Of a stretch of DNA of 61,053 nt, positions 1 to 9,109 are shown piece after piece (position 1 is the first letter of the stretch; each line of letters opens with the position of its first letter). Source of the DNA: an uncultured Erysipelothrix sp. (lineage in GTDB: Bacteria > Bacillota_I > Bacilli_A > Erysipelotrichales > Erysipelotrichaceae); assembly GCA_964350055.1 (NCBI GenBank), contig CAYGIY010000001.1, forward strand, positions 1-61,053, written 5' to 3'. The notes beneath the pieces are model-generated. The model was not told the origin of the DNA, did no database searches, and was given only the letters and a program-made list of their open reading frames with translations. The position numbers were made by a program, and so were the translations under genes.

Positions 1-57
1 GTTTATGTTTACTTGTATTACTAAATTATTTTCCGATTTTATTTGACACTAACAAAT

Positions 58-83
58 ATAAAAAAGACCGTTTTAACGGTCGG
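58..83 (-). terminator. Rho-independent terminator ending the ecf-truA-PHP operon
   Basis: The stem is GACCG (66-70) / CGGTC (77-81) with a 6-nt loop. On the minus strand it is followed by a U6 run (A60-A65 on +). It starts a few nt past the stop codon at 89-91. Confidence 0.6.
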
Positions 84-88
84 TTTTG

Positions 89-889
89 TTACAAATCAAG
101 TTTTTCAACGAGGTTTACACCAAGCTTATTTAAATAGATTTTTGCTTGCTTTCGAGTTTCATGATCAAGCAGGTTTGCTGGGCTATGCGCATCAACACCA
201 ATGATTGCGATATTTTTGTTTTTCGCAACAACCTCCCAAAATTCTGGTTTTGGATAACTATGATCGCCATAGCGAACCCCTCCAAGGTTGTATTCAAGTG
301 CAACACCATAATGATTAGCTGCCTCACAAATCTGTTGAGTAGCATCAACTGCTAAGCTATTTACGACATTAATTGTACGAAAGAAAATATCAGGATGAGC
401 AAATATCTTATATTCACCCGTTGCCATTGCATCAATGGCATCTTCAACATAGTGTTTGTATAAATTTGTTTTATCTTTATAGTTACCATAATAAGTGGTT
501 GTTGATTCATAACCCCTAAAATGATTTCCTAAGACTAATAAATCTAAGTTGTATTTCTTTTTCAAGTCCATTAACCAATCAAAACGATCACGATAATACT
601 CAGCTTCAACACCTAACTTGATTGAAATCTTTTCTGAATATTGCGTGGATAAATGACGTATTGAGGCAACATAATCTCCCATTTCAGAAATACTCATACG
701 ATTATAGCCATTTTCATTTGGAAATAATTGCCATGGGGTATGATCGGTAAATGCTAATTCATCGTAACCTGCTTCAATGGCAGCTAAGACATACTCTTGA
801 TCTGTTCCATTGGCATGTTTACAGCGTGTGGTGTGTGTGTGGTAGTTTGCTTTATGTATCATTGTTTGTACCATATCCTTTCTAGACAT
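89..889 (-). CDS. PHP-domain histidinol-phosphatase family protein (HisJ/YtvP-like)
   Basis: The ORF is 266 aa. It has the N-terminal YHTHTxRCxH metal-binding motif plus FTDH and later His/Asp motifs typical of PHP phosphoesterases. The start is ambiguous: ATG at 889, 874 or 862, and 862 would give an ATGA overlap with the truA stop. Confidence 0.75.
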   Translation of the reverse strand: MSRKDMVQTMIHKANYHTHTTRCKHANGTDQEYVLAAIEAGYDELAFTDHTPWQLFPNENGYNRMSISEMGDYVASIRHLSTQYSEKISIKLGVEAEYYRDRFDWLMDLKKKYNLDLLVLGNHFRGYESTTTYYGNYKDKTNLYKHYVEDAIDAMATGEYKIFAHPDIFFRTINVVNSLAVDATQQICEAANHYGVALEYNLGGVRYGDHSYPKPEFWEVVAKNKNIAIIGVDAHSPANLLDHETRKQAKIYLNKLGVNLVEKLDL

Positions 890-1596
890 AGTCCTTGCGC
901 AGGTGCATTAAAGCGACATGCTTTTTTATCTTTTGCATCTCTGATCTTTTCAACTTGTTCAACAGCAATACGATGGGCACCTACTTCAATTAATGTTTGA
1001 GTAATCATTCTTACCATGTGATGTAAAAATGATTTTGATTCCACAATAATTTTTACTTTCGTACCTTCTTTTACCACTGTTAGCCGATCAATTGTACGGA
1101 TTTGATTATCACTGACTGACAAAGGTGTTGCATTATAAGAAGTGAAATCATAAGTTCCAACTAAATAGTTCGCGGAAAGTTGCATCAACTCAACATCCAA
1201 TGGACGATTATACTGCATGGTGTGGTGGTATTCAAAAACATTAAATGGTCCAGTTTCAATCGAATAAGTGTATCGTTTTCTCAAAACACCATAACGTGCA
1301 TGAAAATCATCAGACACTTCTTCAATCATATGGACACGAATATCATCGGGTAAGTTTGCATTAAATGCTTGTACAAAACTTTCCACTGGGATTTTGACAT
1401 CAGCATCAAAATGAAAAACAAAATCCAATGCAGAAACTCGAGCATCAGTTCTTGAACAACCAACCACACTTATCCTGGATTTTGTTATTTTACGTAAAGC
1501 TTGCTCAATACTTGATTGAATCGTGGACTGTTGAGGTTGGATTTGCCAGCCAAAATAATGATAACCGTTAAACGTACAGGTTGCTTTATATCTCAT
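859..1596 (-). CDS. truA: tRNA pseudouridine(38-40) synthase TruA
   Basis: The product is 245 aa with the GWQxQ motif and the catalytic-Asp motif SRTDARVSA. There is a 4-nt ATGA overlap with the ecfT stop. Its position after ecfAAT matches Bacillus. Confidence 0.9.
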   Translation of the reverse strand: MRYKATCTFNGYHYFGWQIQPQQSTIQSSIEQALRKITKSRISVVGCSRTDARVSALDFVFHFDADVKIPVESFVQAFNANLPDDIRVHMIEEVSDDFHARYGVLRKRYTYSIETGPFNVFEYHHTMQYNRPLDVELMQLSANYLVGTYDFTSYNATPLSVSDNQIRTIDRLTVVKEGTKVKIIVESKSFLHHMVRMITQTLIEVGAHRIAVEQVEKIRDAKDKKACRFNAPAQGLCLERIWYKQ

Positions 1597-2393
1597 AGCA
1601 GAATTGCCAGAGCAATAATTGTCGCTAAAACAAAGAGCACAACAACCATCATCACCACATCTTTTGAGGTACGTTTAAGTTGTTTATATCGTGTTCGAGT
1701 TGCCGATGGGATATAACCCCTAGCTTCCATAGCATCTGCTAGATCCTCTGCTCTTTGAAAACTAGAAACAAACAAAGGAACAATTAATGATAATATCGCA
1801 ACGATTTTCTCTTTGAGTTTGCCATCTGCTAAATCAACACCACGTGAAGCTTGCGCTTTCATGATTCGATCGGTTTCCTCAATTAGTGTAGGAATAAAAC
1901 GCAACGCAATCGAAATCATCATTGCTATTTCATGTGCAGGTACTTTAAAACGTTTGAATGGTTTTAGCAAATCTTCGATACCAAGTGTCAAATCCAATGG
2001 TTTTGTGGTTGCTGTTAATACCGTTGTTACCATAATCATCAGTAGTAATCGGATTGAAATATAAAGTGTTTGAAATAAAGCATCACTGTATATTTTAAAT
2101 CCGAATAAGTCAACAACAACATAACCTGTTCTTAACACAAAAATATTAATGACCATTAAGAAAACCAACATGAGCATCATCGGTTTCATGGCTTTGATAA
2201 TAAATTTAAAACTTAATTTGGATATTAAGACAGTCGAAATAACAAACACCGCTAAAAACCCATACCCATAAAATCCAGCTGGAATAAAAATTGCTGTTAA
2301 TAGAAATAGCATTCCCATGATTTTATAACGAGGATCAAGTTTGTGCACCCATGAATTCATAGGGATGTAGCGCCCTAATGCAATATTATTCAT
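1593..2393 (-). CDS. ecfT: ECF transporter transmembrane (T) component
   Basis: The track ORF is 1593-2417. I chose ATG 2393 because AAGGAG lies 7 nt upstream, giving an 8-nt overlap with the ecfA2 stop. The protein is polytopic and carries the two C-terminal xRG coupling motifs (ASRGV, EARGY) of EcfT/CbiQ. Confidence 0.85.
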   Translation of the reverse strand: MNNIALGRYIPMNSWVHKLDPRYKIMGMLFLLTAIFIPAGFYGYGFLAVFVISTVLISKLSFKFIIKAMKPMMLMLVFLMVINIFVLRTGYVVVDLFGFKIYSDALFQTLYISIRLLLMIMVTTVLTATTKPLDLTLGIEDLLKPFKRFKVPAHEIAMMISIALRFIPTLIEETDRIMKAQASRGVDLADGKLKEKIVAILSLIVPLFVSSFQRAEDLADAMEARGYIPSATRTRYKQLKRTSKDVVMMVVVLFVLATIIALAILL

Positions 2394-3249
2394 GATGAAC
2401 TCCTTTGAATCTCGCAATTTGAGCAGCTATTTCATCTAAATTGGTGATTGATGAATCGATATTGATGCCTTGTGCTTTAAGTAAGCGATGCAGCTGAATC
2501 ACCTTTGGTAAATCAATGTTGAGCTTCGTTAAAAGTTCATCATTAAAAAAGAACTCTTCAACACTACTTGCATAAATCACTTCCCCATCATCAACCACAA
2601 CCACATCATCACAATGAGCAAATACATGCTCCATATCATGAGTGACAATGCATATTGTTTTTTTATCGCGTTTATTCAAACCAATAAATAACTCCATCAT
2701 AGCCTGAGATCCTTGAGGATCTAGGCCAGCGGTTGGTTCATCTAAGACAAGTATCTCTGGATCAATTGCAAGGATACCTGCAATGGCAGCTCGTCGTTTT
2801 TGACCACCAGATAAATCAAGTGGTGATTTTTCTGCAACATCTTTATCTAATCCAACAACTTCAAGTGCATGATATGCTTTTTTTAGTGCTTCTTCTTTAT
2901 CAATATTAAAGTTGAGGGGTCCAAAGCAAACATCTTTGATTACCGTTTCCTCAAACAATTGATATTCTGGAAATTGAAATACCAAACCCACATGTTGTCT
3001 TAGGCTTTTTAATTGTTTTGGTTTTTCTGATGCAACAATCACACGATCAAGAATATGAACCTCTCCTAAAGATGGCAACAACAAGGCATTTAAGTGTTGA
3101 ACTAGCGTGGACTTGCCACTACCTGTTGCACCTATGATTGCTGTTACACGTCCTTGCTTGATAGATACAGACACATTTTTAAGTGCCCCATATGCAAATG
3201 GTGTGTTTGGTGAATACTCATAACTCACATCTTTAAATTGAATGGTCAT
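2386..3249 (-). CDS. ecfA2: ECF transporter ATPase component A2
   Basis: It has Walker A GATGSGKST, signature LSGGQKRR and Walker B LVLDEPT. It is the second ATPase of the ecfA1-ecfA2-ecfT triad. Confidence 0.9.
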   Translation of the reverse strand: MTIQFKDVSYEYSPNTPFAYGALKNVSVSIKQGRVTAIIGATGSGKSTLVQHLNALLLPSLGEVHILDRVIVASEKPKQLKSLRQHVGLVFQFPEYQLFEETVIKDVCFGPLNFNIDKEEALKKAYHALEVVGLDKDVAEKSPLDLSGGQKRRAAIAGILAIDPEILVLDEPTAGLDPQGSQAMMELFIGLNKRDKKTICIVTHDMEHVFAHCDDVVVVDDGEVIYASSVEEFFFNDELLTKLNIDLPKVIQLHRLLKAQGINIDSSITNLDEIAAQIARFKGVHHE

Positions 3250-4052
3250 AGTTGTTTCACCATCGCTTCTAATGAGTGAATATCACTTACTTCTATATTG
3301 TATTTGCTGAGTGCTTCTTTTAATTTGACTGTAAATGGAACATCAAGTGACATTTCAACCATTTGTTTTGTTTGAATGAGTATATCATCTGGTTTGCCAT
3401 CCATTTGTATTTTGCCATCATTCATGACCATTAGATGATCACAGAATAATGCTTCTTCAATATCATGAGTGATAGAAATAATCGTCATGTTTTCTTGCTT
3501 GAAAATCGTTTGAACCAATTCATTGACTTCTCGTTTTCCTTTTGGATCAAGCATGCTTGTTGCTTCATCCAAAATTAAAATATCTGGTTTCATCGCCAAC
3601 ACACCTGCAATTGCAACGCGTTGTTTTTGACCACCACTTAGTCGACTTGGTTCTTGGTCTAAATAGTTTATCATGTTCACTTTACTAGCATAAAACTCAA
3701 TAATATCATCCATTTCTTTAGGATTAACTTGACGATTCTCTAAACCAAATGCGATATCATCACGAACAGTTGCTCCAATAAACTGATTATCAGGATTTTG
3801 AAACACGATACCTATCTTTGTTCGAACATGATCAATGGTTGCTTCTGTTAATTCTTCATCATCAATTTTAATAAGTCCTTCTTTTTTGGCTAGTAAGCCA
3901 ATCAATAATTTTGCTATGGTGGATTTACCACTCCCATTATGACCGATGATGCAGGTATAAGTACCTCTTTCAACGTCAAAAGAGACGTTTCTAACAACGT
4001 CTACTTGTTGGTCGTAACTAAATGTTAAATCTTTGACTTCAATATATGACAC
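3246..4052 (-). CDS. ecfA1: ECF transporter ATPase component A1
   Basis: It has Walker A GHNGSGKST, signature LSGGQKQR and Walker B ILILDEAT. There is a 4-nt overlap with ecfA2. Confidence 0.9.
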   Translation of the reverse strand: MSYIEVKDLTFSYDQQVDVVRNVSFDVERGTYTCIIGHNGSGKSTIAKLLIGLLAKKEGLIKIDDEELTEATIDHVRTKIGIVFQNPDNQFIGATVRDDIAFGLENRQVNPKEMDDIIEFYASKVNMINYLDQEPSRLSGGQKQRVAIAGVLAMKPDILILDEATSMLDPKGKREVNELVQTIFKQENMTIISITHDIEEALFCDHLMVMNDGKIQMDGKPDDILIQTKQMVEMSLDVPFTVKLKEALSKYNIEVSDIHSLEAMVKQL

Positions 4053-4065
4053 TTGTTCACCTAAC

Positions 4066-4524
4066 TTATTCTATTTCAAATTCTCGGTATAATCCATTGT
4101 GTTTCCTTGTGATATTAGCCATTAATAATATAGCAGCAATTACATCATCAAAGAAATTTTCCATTGTTTTTTCAAGTACAACTTGGTGTCTCTCATCTGC
4201 TTCAGCTAATGTGTAATCACTCGCTTTTGCTTCTTTAACCGCTTCAAATAAATCATGTTGACTATGAAATTTACAGTAATGAACTAATTTGATTTCTTTT
4301 TGTTCAACTAATGATTTTAAAAGAATTTTGGTGCGTGTTTGCCAAGATTGTCTTTCACTGAGTTTAATCAATGGAAAATCAGGATCATGATTATCTTCAT
4401 CTTTTTGATCTTCTTCATCTTCTAATGTAATCAATACAGGATCTTCTTCTTTTTTTAATACAAATGCTGCAACTGCTGCAGCGGCAGCCGCCAAAACGAC
4501 AAAGCCAGCAAAACCTTTTTTCAT
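4066..4524 (-). CDS. Hypothetical membrane-anchored protein with an acidic linker and a possible RraB-like C-terminal domain
   Basis: The track ORF starts at 4560, but that lies upstream of the predicted transcription start. ATG 4524 has AGGCAGGA 6 nt upstream. The 152-aa product has an N-terminal Ala-rich TM helix (GFAGFVVLAAAAAAVAAFVL) and a D/E-rich linker. Its C-terminal ~100 aa has a pattern (VHYCKFHSQHDLFEAVKEAKASDY...NGLYREFE) reminiscent of RraB/DUF1260. Confidence 0.6.
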   Translation of the reverse strand: MKKGFAGFVVLAAAAAAVAAFVLKKEEDPVLITLEDEEDQKDEDNHDPDFPLIKLSERQSWQTRTKILLKSLVEQKEIKLVHYCKFHSQHDLFEAVKEAKASDYTLAEADERHQVVLEKTMENFFDDVIAAILLMANITRKHNGLYREFEIE

Positions 4525-4550
4525 ATGAATTCCTGCCTTTCTGTGTTCAT

Positions 4551-4580
4551 ATTGTATCATATCACACGTTCGCTTGACAA
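4551..4580 (-). promoter_or_regulatory. Sigma-70-type promoter for the hypothetical-ecfA1A2T-truA-PHP operon
   Basis: On the minus strand it reads TTGTCA (4580-4575), an 18-nt spacer, then TG-n-TACAAT (extended -10, 4559-4551). It lies directly after the O-methyltransferase stop. Confidence 0.6.
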
Positions 4581-4588
4581 AAACACAC

Positions 4589-5161
4589 TCACTTTCGTTT
4601 AATTATCAATAGACCATCACCAACATCAATGAAGGTTGTTTGAAGATGATCTTGCAACTTTAGCCATTCACGAAACTTAGCTATTTTTTCAACCATTTGT
4701 CTAAGATTGCGTCGGTGCTTGATTGCATCAAGTGCATGAACATGTCCATAAAAACTCATATTATCAACTATGACGATACCACGTTCTTTAACAAATGGTA
4801 ACACACGCGTAAATAGTGCTTGATTTTGTGCCTTAGCAGCATCAATAATGACAACATCATAAAATTTTGTGATTGGCCATGTTTTCGCATCATCATGATG
4901 CATGGATACACTTGTATTTTGCAGGATGGTTTTATTCTCACATGCTTTTTGATAACGTTTGTCATCTTTTTCTATGGTATCGATACTTATCCAAGGACAA
5001 TGATGAGCAATATACAAACTTGAATACCCGATGGCAGTTCCAAATTCTAGAATGTCATAGAAACGATGCACGTCAATGAGTTGACAAACAAATGCTAAAG
5101 CATCATCACTCATGATGGGGATGTTATCATGGATGGCTTGTTGTTTGATGGTTTTAATCAT
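4589..5161 (-). CDS. Class I SAM-dependent O-methyltransferase, family 3 (YrrM/TrmR-like)
   Basis: The product is 190 aa with the SAM-binding motif LEFGTAIGYS and the downstream VIIDAAK and VIVDN motifs of the caffeoyl-CoA OMT / TrmR family. It appears about 25 aa shorter at the N-terminus than B. subtilis YrrM as I remember it. No SD precedes the ATG. Confidence 0.75.
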   Translation of the reverse strand: MIKTIKQQAIHDNIPIMSDDALAFVCQLIDVHRFYDILEFGTAIGYSSLYIAHHCPWISIDTIEKDDKRYQKACENKTILQNTSVSMHHDDAKTWPITKFYDVVIIDAAKAQNQALFTRVLPFVKERGIVIVDNMSFYGHVHALDAIKHRRNLRQMVEKIAKFREWLKLQDHLQTTFIDVGDGLLIIKRK

Positions 5162-5164
5162 ACA

Positions 5165-5190
5165 TAAAAAAAGCGGGAGGTTCCCGCTTT
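5165..5190 (-). terminator. Rho-independent terminator of the S10-spc-alpha ribosomal protein transcription unit
   Basis: A 7-bp stem AGCGGGA (5172-5178) / TCCCGCT (5182-5188) with a 3-nt loop is followed on the minus strand by U7 (A5166-A5172). It overlaps the rplQ stop codon. Confidence 0.8.
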
Positions 5191-5551
5191 ATACTAGTTC
5201 AATAGTCGCCATCGGTGCTGCATCACCACGACGTTGGACAGTTTTCATAACACGGGTATAACCCCCTTGACGATCGGTGTAACGTGGACCAATGTCATCA
5301 AAGAGTTTTTGTAGTACGTTTTGTCCTTTATCTTCATCTGCTACGATGTTAAACAACATTTTAGCTGCTTGACGACGAGCATGTAAGTCATTACGCTTTG
5401 CAAGTGTAATAAGTTCATCCATCCAGCTACGTAATTCCATTGCTTTCATTTCTGTTGTTTCTATTTTCTCAGCAACAATTAAGCTAGCCGCTAAATTACG
5501 CAATAACGCTTTACGATGATCTGACTTACGTCCTAATTTACGATTGTGCAT
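5189..5551 (-). CDS. rplQ: 50S ribosomal protein L17
   Basis: The product is 120 aa, starts [20 protein letters not shown], and is the last gene of the alpha operon after rpoA. Confidence 0.96.
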   Translation of the reverse strand: MHNRKLGRKSDHRKALLRNLAASLIVAEKIETTEMKAMELRSWMDELITLAKRNDLHARRQAAKMLFNIVADEDKGQNVLQKLFDDIGPRYTDRQGGYTRVMKTVQRRGDAAPMATIELV

Positions 5552-5568
5552 CTTCGCTTCCTCCTGGT

Positions 5569-6528
5569 CTATTCAAAAGATTTGAAGTTCAAGCCCAAAT
5601 CAATTAATTTGTCTTTTACTTCTTTCAACGATTTTTTACCTAAGTTACGAACACGCATCATTTCATCTTCAGTACGCGTCGTTAACTCTTCGACTGTTTG
5701 GATTCCAGCACGTTTTAAACAATTGTAAGAACGAACTGATAAATCCAAATCTTCGATCATCATCACAAGACCTTTGTTTTGAGCCTCGTTGTTGTTTTCT
5801 TTAATAAGGGAATCCATCTCAGTGATTGTTTCATCAATGTTCATAAACAAGGACAAATGATCATCTAAGATTTTTGCAGCCAAGGATAATGACATTTGTG
5901 GTGTAATTGAACCATCGGTAGTCACTTCCAAGATAAGCTTATCATATTTGGTGTCTTGACCTACACGGGTAGGTTCAACGGTGTATGAAACACGTTCAAT
6001 GGGTGTGTATATAGAATCAGTGTAAATCGTACCAATTCCTTGTGAAGAACCTTGATACAACACTTTGTTTGAATCAGCTCTCACATATCCACGACCAATG
6101 CGTGCTTTCATTTCCATCACCAATTCACCACCTTCTTCTAAGGTTGTGATGATATGATTTTTGTTTTTAATTTCTACATTGGTAGGACAAATAATGTCCC
6201 CTGCAGTGACGACTTTTGGACCTTTTTCATTGATTTGTAATGTATAAACATCATCATCTGAAATGGTCATAATTAAGTCTTTTATATTTAAGATAATTGC
6301 TGTGACATCATCTTGAACACCAGGTATAGCTGTAAACTCATGATACACGTTGTTTATTTTAATGGAATAAACAGCAGCTCCTGGTAATGATGACAACAAA
6401 ACCCGACGTAAGGCATTTCCGATTGTTGTTCCAAAACCACGTTCAAATGGTTCAACGACAAACTTACCATAGTGATCGGATTCGACATATTCTTGTACTT
6501 CTATTTTGGCACGTTCGAATTTTTGCAT
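5569..6528 (-). CDS. rpoA: DNA-directed RNA polymerase subunit alpha
   Basis: The product is 319 aa. The N-terminal motif [11 protein letters not shown] and the C-terminal domain [16 protein letters not shown] are diagnostic. Confidence 0.97.
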   Translation of the reverse strand: MQKFERAKIEVQEYVESDHYGKFVVEPFERGFGTTIGNALRRVLLSSLPGAAVYSIKINNVYHEFTAIPGVQDDVTAIILNIKDLIMTISDDDVYTLQINEKGPKVVTAGDIICPTNVEIKNKNHIITTLEEGGELVMEMKARIGRGYVRADSNKVLYQGSSQGIGTIYTDSIYTPIERVSYTVEPTRVGQDTKYDKLILEVTTDGSITPQMSLSLAAKILDDHLSLFMNIDETITEMDSLIKENNNEAQNKGLVMMIEDLDLSVRSYNCLKRAGIQTVEELTTRTEDEMMRVRNLGKKSLKEVKDKLIDLGLNFKSFE

Positions 6529-6550
6529 ACCAACCTCCTATTGTTTACAT

Positions 6551-6940
6551 CTATCCTCTTGGACGTTTTGGTGGACGACAACCATTGTGAGGAATCGGTG
6601 TAACATCGTTGATGACATTAATTTCTAATCCTGCTGTTTGTAATGCACGAACAGCTGCCTCACGACCTGGTCCAGGTCCTTTGACATTCACTTCTACGGT
6701 TTTCATTCCATTATCCATTGCTGCTTTCGCTGCTGCTTCTGCAGCAAGCTGAGCGGCAAACGGTGTGGATTTTCTTGATCCTTTATATCCTAGTGCACCT
6801 GCACTTGACCACGCAATGACGTTTCCTTTTTCATCGGTAATGGTAACGATAGTGTTATTAAAGGTCGAATGAATGTGTGCGACACCGCGTGCAATATTCT
6901 TTTTGACACGACGTTTACGTGTTGTTTTTGCTTTTGCCAT
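6551..6940 (-). CDS. rpsK: 30S ribosomal protein S11
   Basis: The product is 129 aa with a typical S11 sequence ([18 protein letters not shown]). Confidence 0.97.
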   Translation of the reverse strand: MAKAKTTRKRRVKKNIARGVAHIHSTFNNTIVTITDEKGNVIAWSSAGALGYKGSRKSTPFAAQLAAEAAAKAAMDNGMKTVEVNVKGPGPGREAAVRALQTAGLEINVINDVTPIPHNGCRPPKRPRG

Positions 6941-6958
6941 TTTTTTCTCTCCTATCGT

Positions 6959-7324
6959 CTATTTCTTCTTGTTAGCTACTGTACGACGTGGTCCTTTACG
7001 TGTACGCGCATTTGTTTTTGTGCGTTGGCCACGGACAGGCATACCACGACGGTGACGGATTCCGCGGTAGCTTCCAATTTCCATTAGTCGTTTGACGTTT
7101 AATGAAACTTCACGACGTAAATCACCTTCAACCTTAATCTTTTCTATTTCCTGACGGATAGCATTGATTTGGTCGTCGGTTAATTCTTTGACGCGAACTT
7201 CTTCGCTAACATTAGCATTCTTTAAAATTTCTTTGGATTTTGTGTTCCCAATTCCAAAAATATAAGTTAATGATATAACCACACGCTTATCGCGTGGGAT
7301 ATCAACTCCCGCAATACGAGCCAT
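6959..7324 (-). CDS. rpsM: 30S ribosomal protein S13
   Basis: The product is 121 aa and starts [26 protein letters not shown]. Confidence 0.97.
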   Translation of the reverse strand: MARIAGVDIPRDKRVVISLTYIFGIGNTKSKEILKNANVSEEVRVKELTDDQINAIRQEIEKIKVEGDLRREVSLNVKRLMEIGSYRGIRHRRGMPVRGQRTKTNARTRKGPRRTVANKKK

Positions 7325-7338
7325 TGTATGTGTTCCTC

Positions 7339-7455
7339 CTAGTTTCCTTGTCTTTGTTTGTGTTTAGGGTTTTCACAAATAATCATTACACGACCATTGC
7401 GCTTAATGACACGGCACTTATCGCACATTGGTTTGACAGATGGTCTTACTTTCAT
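7339..7455 (-). CDS. rpmJ: 50S ribosomal protein L36 (not in the ORF track)
   Basis: Hand translation of the minus strand gives [38 protein letters not shown] (38 aa), with a Zn-binding CxxC...C..H pattern. AGGGAGGAAAACGC lies upstream. It sits in the canonical slot between infA and rpsM. Confidence 0.93.
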   Translation of the reverse strand: MKVRPSVKPMCDKCRVIKRNGRVMIICENPKHKQRQGN

Positions 7456-7472
7456 GCGTTTTCCTCCCTAGA

Positions 7473-7691
7473 CTATTTATGTCTAAATGTGATACGCCCA
7501 CGTGTTAAATCATAAGGTGAAATTTCAACGGTGACACGGTCACCTGGTAAAATGCGAATGTAGTGCATGCGGATTTTACCAGAAACGTGGGCCATAATTT
7601 CGTGCCCGTTTGTTAGTTTCACTTTGAACATTGCACCAGGCAATGTATCCTCAACGATACCGTCAATTTCGATAACGTCTTGTTTTCCCAT
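7473..7691 (-). CDS. infA: Translation initiation factor IF-1
   Basis: The track ORF extends to 7712. ATG 7691 ([11 protein letters not shown]...) has GAGAGGAA upstream and gives the canonical 72 aa. Confidence 0.94.
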   Translation of the reverse strand: MGKQDVIEIDGIVEDTLPGAMFKVKLTNGHEIMAHVSGKIRMHYIRILPGDRVTVEISPYDLTRGRITFRHK

Positions 7692-7712
7692 AATGTTCCT
7701 CTCTTTCTGCAA

Positions 7713-8459
7713 CTAAAGCGTTGTTAGAATGTCATATCCTTCTTCGGTTATTACAACCGTGTGTTCAAAATGCGCTGACAGTGATCCATCTTTTGTGGTG
7801 ACTGTCCAATTATCAGATAATACCTTTGTAAAAGGTTTTCCAATATGAACCATCGGCTCAATTGCCAATGTCATTCCAGGCTTTAATAAAATGCCAGTAT
7901 TTGGTACTCCAACATTTGGAATAGCAGGATCTTCGTGCAATGAAGACCCGATGCCATGGCCAGTATATTCAAGAGGTAGGCTATACCCACGATCTGTGAC
8001 ATACTTTCCAATAGCATGCGATATATCAAACAGACGATTGTTTGGTTTGGCTTGTTTTAAGCCTTCAAACAAGGATGCTTCTGTCACTTCCAGCAATTGC
8101 TTTGCTGCATCAGAAATCAAACCAACTGGATAAGTCCAAGCACTATCCCCATGATACCCTTTGTAGTTAGCGCCAATATCAATTGATATAATATCGCCTT
8201 CAACCAGTAATGTATCATTAGGAATGCCATGGACAAGCACATGATTAATCGATGTGCATGCTGCAGCTGGGAAGCCACCATATCCTTTAAAAGATGGGGT
8301 AGCATTGTTTTTTAAGATAACCTTTTCAATCATTGCATCAAGCTCCTTGGTGCTAACACCAGGGACAATGAGCGGTTTGATCGCTTGGTGGGCTAATGCC
8401 ACAATGCGTCCTGCTTCTCTCATTAGCTCGATTTCACGCGCTGATTTTTTTGTTACCAT
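7713..8459 (-). CDS. map: Type I methionine aminopeptidase
   Basis: The track ORF extends to 8495. ATG 8459 ([17 protein letters not shown]) has GGAGAG 6 nt upstream. The metal-ligand pattern of the MetAP pita-bread fold is present. Confidence 0.93.
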   Translation of the reverse strand: MVTKKSAREIELMREAGRIVALAHQAIKPLIVPGVSTKELDAMIEKVILKNNATPSFKGYGGFPAAACTSINHVLVHGIPNDTLLVEGDIISIDIGANYKGYHGDSAWTYPVGLISDAAKQLLEVTEASLFEGLKQAKPNNRLFDISHAIGKYVTDRGYSLPLEYTGHGIGSSLHEDPAIPNVGVPNTGILLKPGMTLAIEPMVHIGKPFTKVLSDNWTVTTKDGSLSAHFEHTVVITEEGYDILTTL

Positions 8460-9106
8460 TGTATACTCTCCAATACCTCTTTGACATTGTTCCAAACAGT
8501 ATCGACACTTGGTGTGGCATCAACATATCGCACTAACCCTTTGTACATGTAGTAATCCAAGACTGGTTTGGTTAGAAAGACATATTCTTTTAGACGAACC
8601 ACTAACTGTTCAAGTGTGTCATCACTACGATGATTTAGTGGTGAACCACATAAATCACACGTGTTCTCTACTTTAGGTGGCATATACTCAAGGTTATAAA
8701 TTGCCTTGCAGTTTTCACACACCCGACGATCAACGACACGGTGAATAAGTGCATCCAGTTCTACTGACAAATTAAGCACTAATTCCACAGGTCGGTCAAT
8801 CTCTTTGGCAATATCTTCAAAGGCAACTGCTTGAACAAGTGTCCTAGGAAAGCCATCCAGTAAATATCCTTTTTGGCAGTCCGGTTCTTGCAATCGCGCT
8901 TGAATCATTTTAATCGTAATATCATCTGGCACCAACATACCACGATCGATGTAGTTTTTTGCTTGTAGTCCTAACTCTGTTTCTTGACGCATCGCATCAC
9001 GAAACATGTTACCTGTCGAGATGTGGGGAATATCATACACCTTGATGATTTTTCTTGAGATGGTAGATTTCCCGCTTCCCGCTGCACCATTAATGAGTAT
9101 GTTCAT
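8453..9106 (-). CDS. adk: Adenylate kinase
   Basis: It has P-loop GAAGSGKST and Zn-lid cysteines CENC...CDLC. It lies in the secY-adk-map order. Confidence 0.95.
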   Translation of the reverse strand: MNILINGAAGSGKSTISRKIIKVYDIPHISTGNMFRDAMRQETELGLQAKNYIDRGMLVPDDITIKMIQARLQEPDCQKGYLLDGFPRTLVQAVAFEDIAKEIDRPVELVLNLSVELDALIHRVVDRRVCENCKAIYNLEYMPPKVENTCDLCGSPLNHRSDDTLEQLVVRLKEYVFLTKPVLDYYMYKGLVRYVDATPSVDTVWNNVKEVLESIQW

Positions 9107-9109
9107 AGG

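Noticed and set aside
826-842. (GT)n-like microsatellite GTGTGGTGTGTGTGTGG
   Set aside because: It lies in frame inside the PHP phosphatase gene. It encodes the conserved metal-binding YHTHTT motif on the minus strand, so it is not a free simple-sequence repeat.
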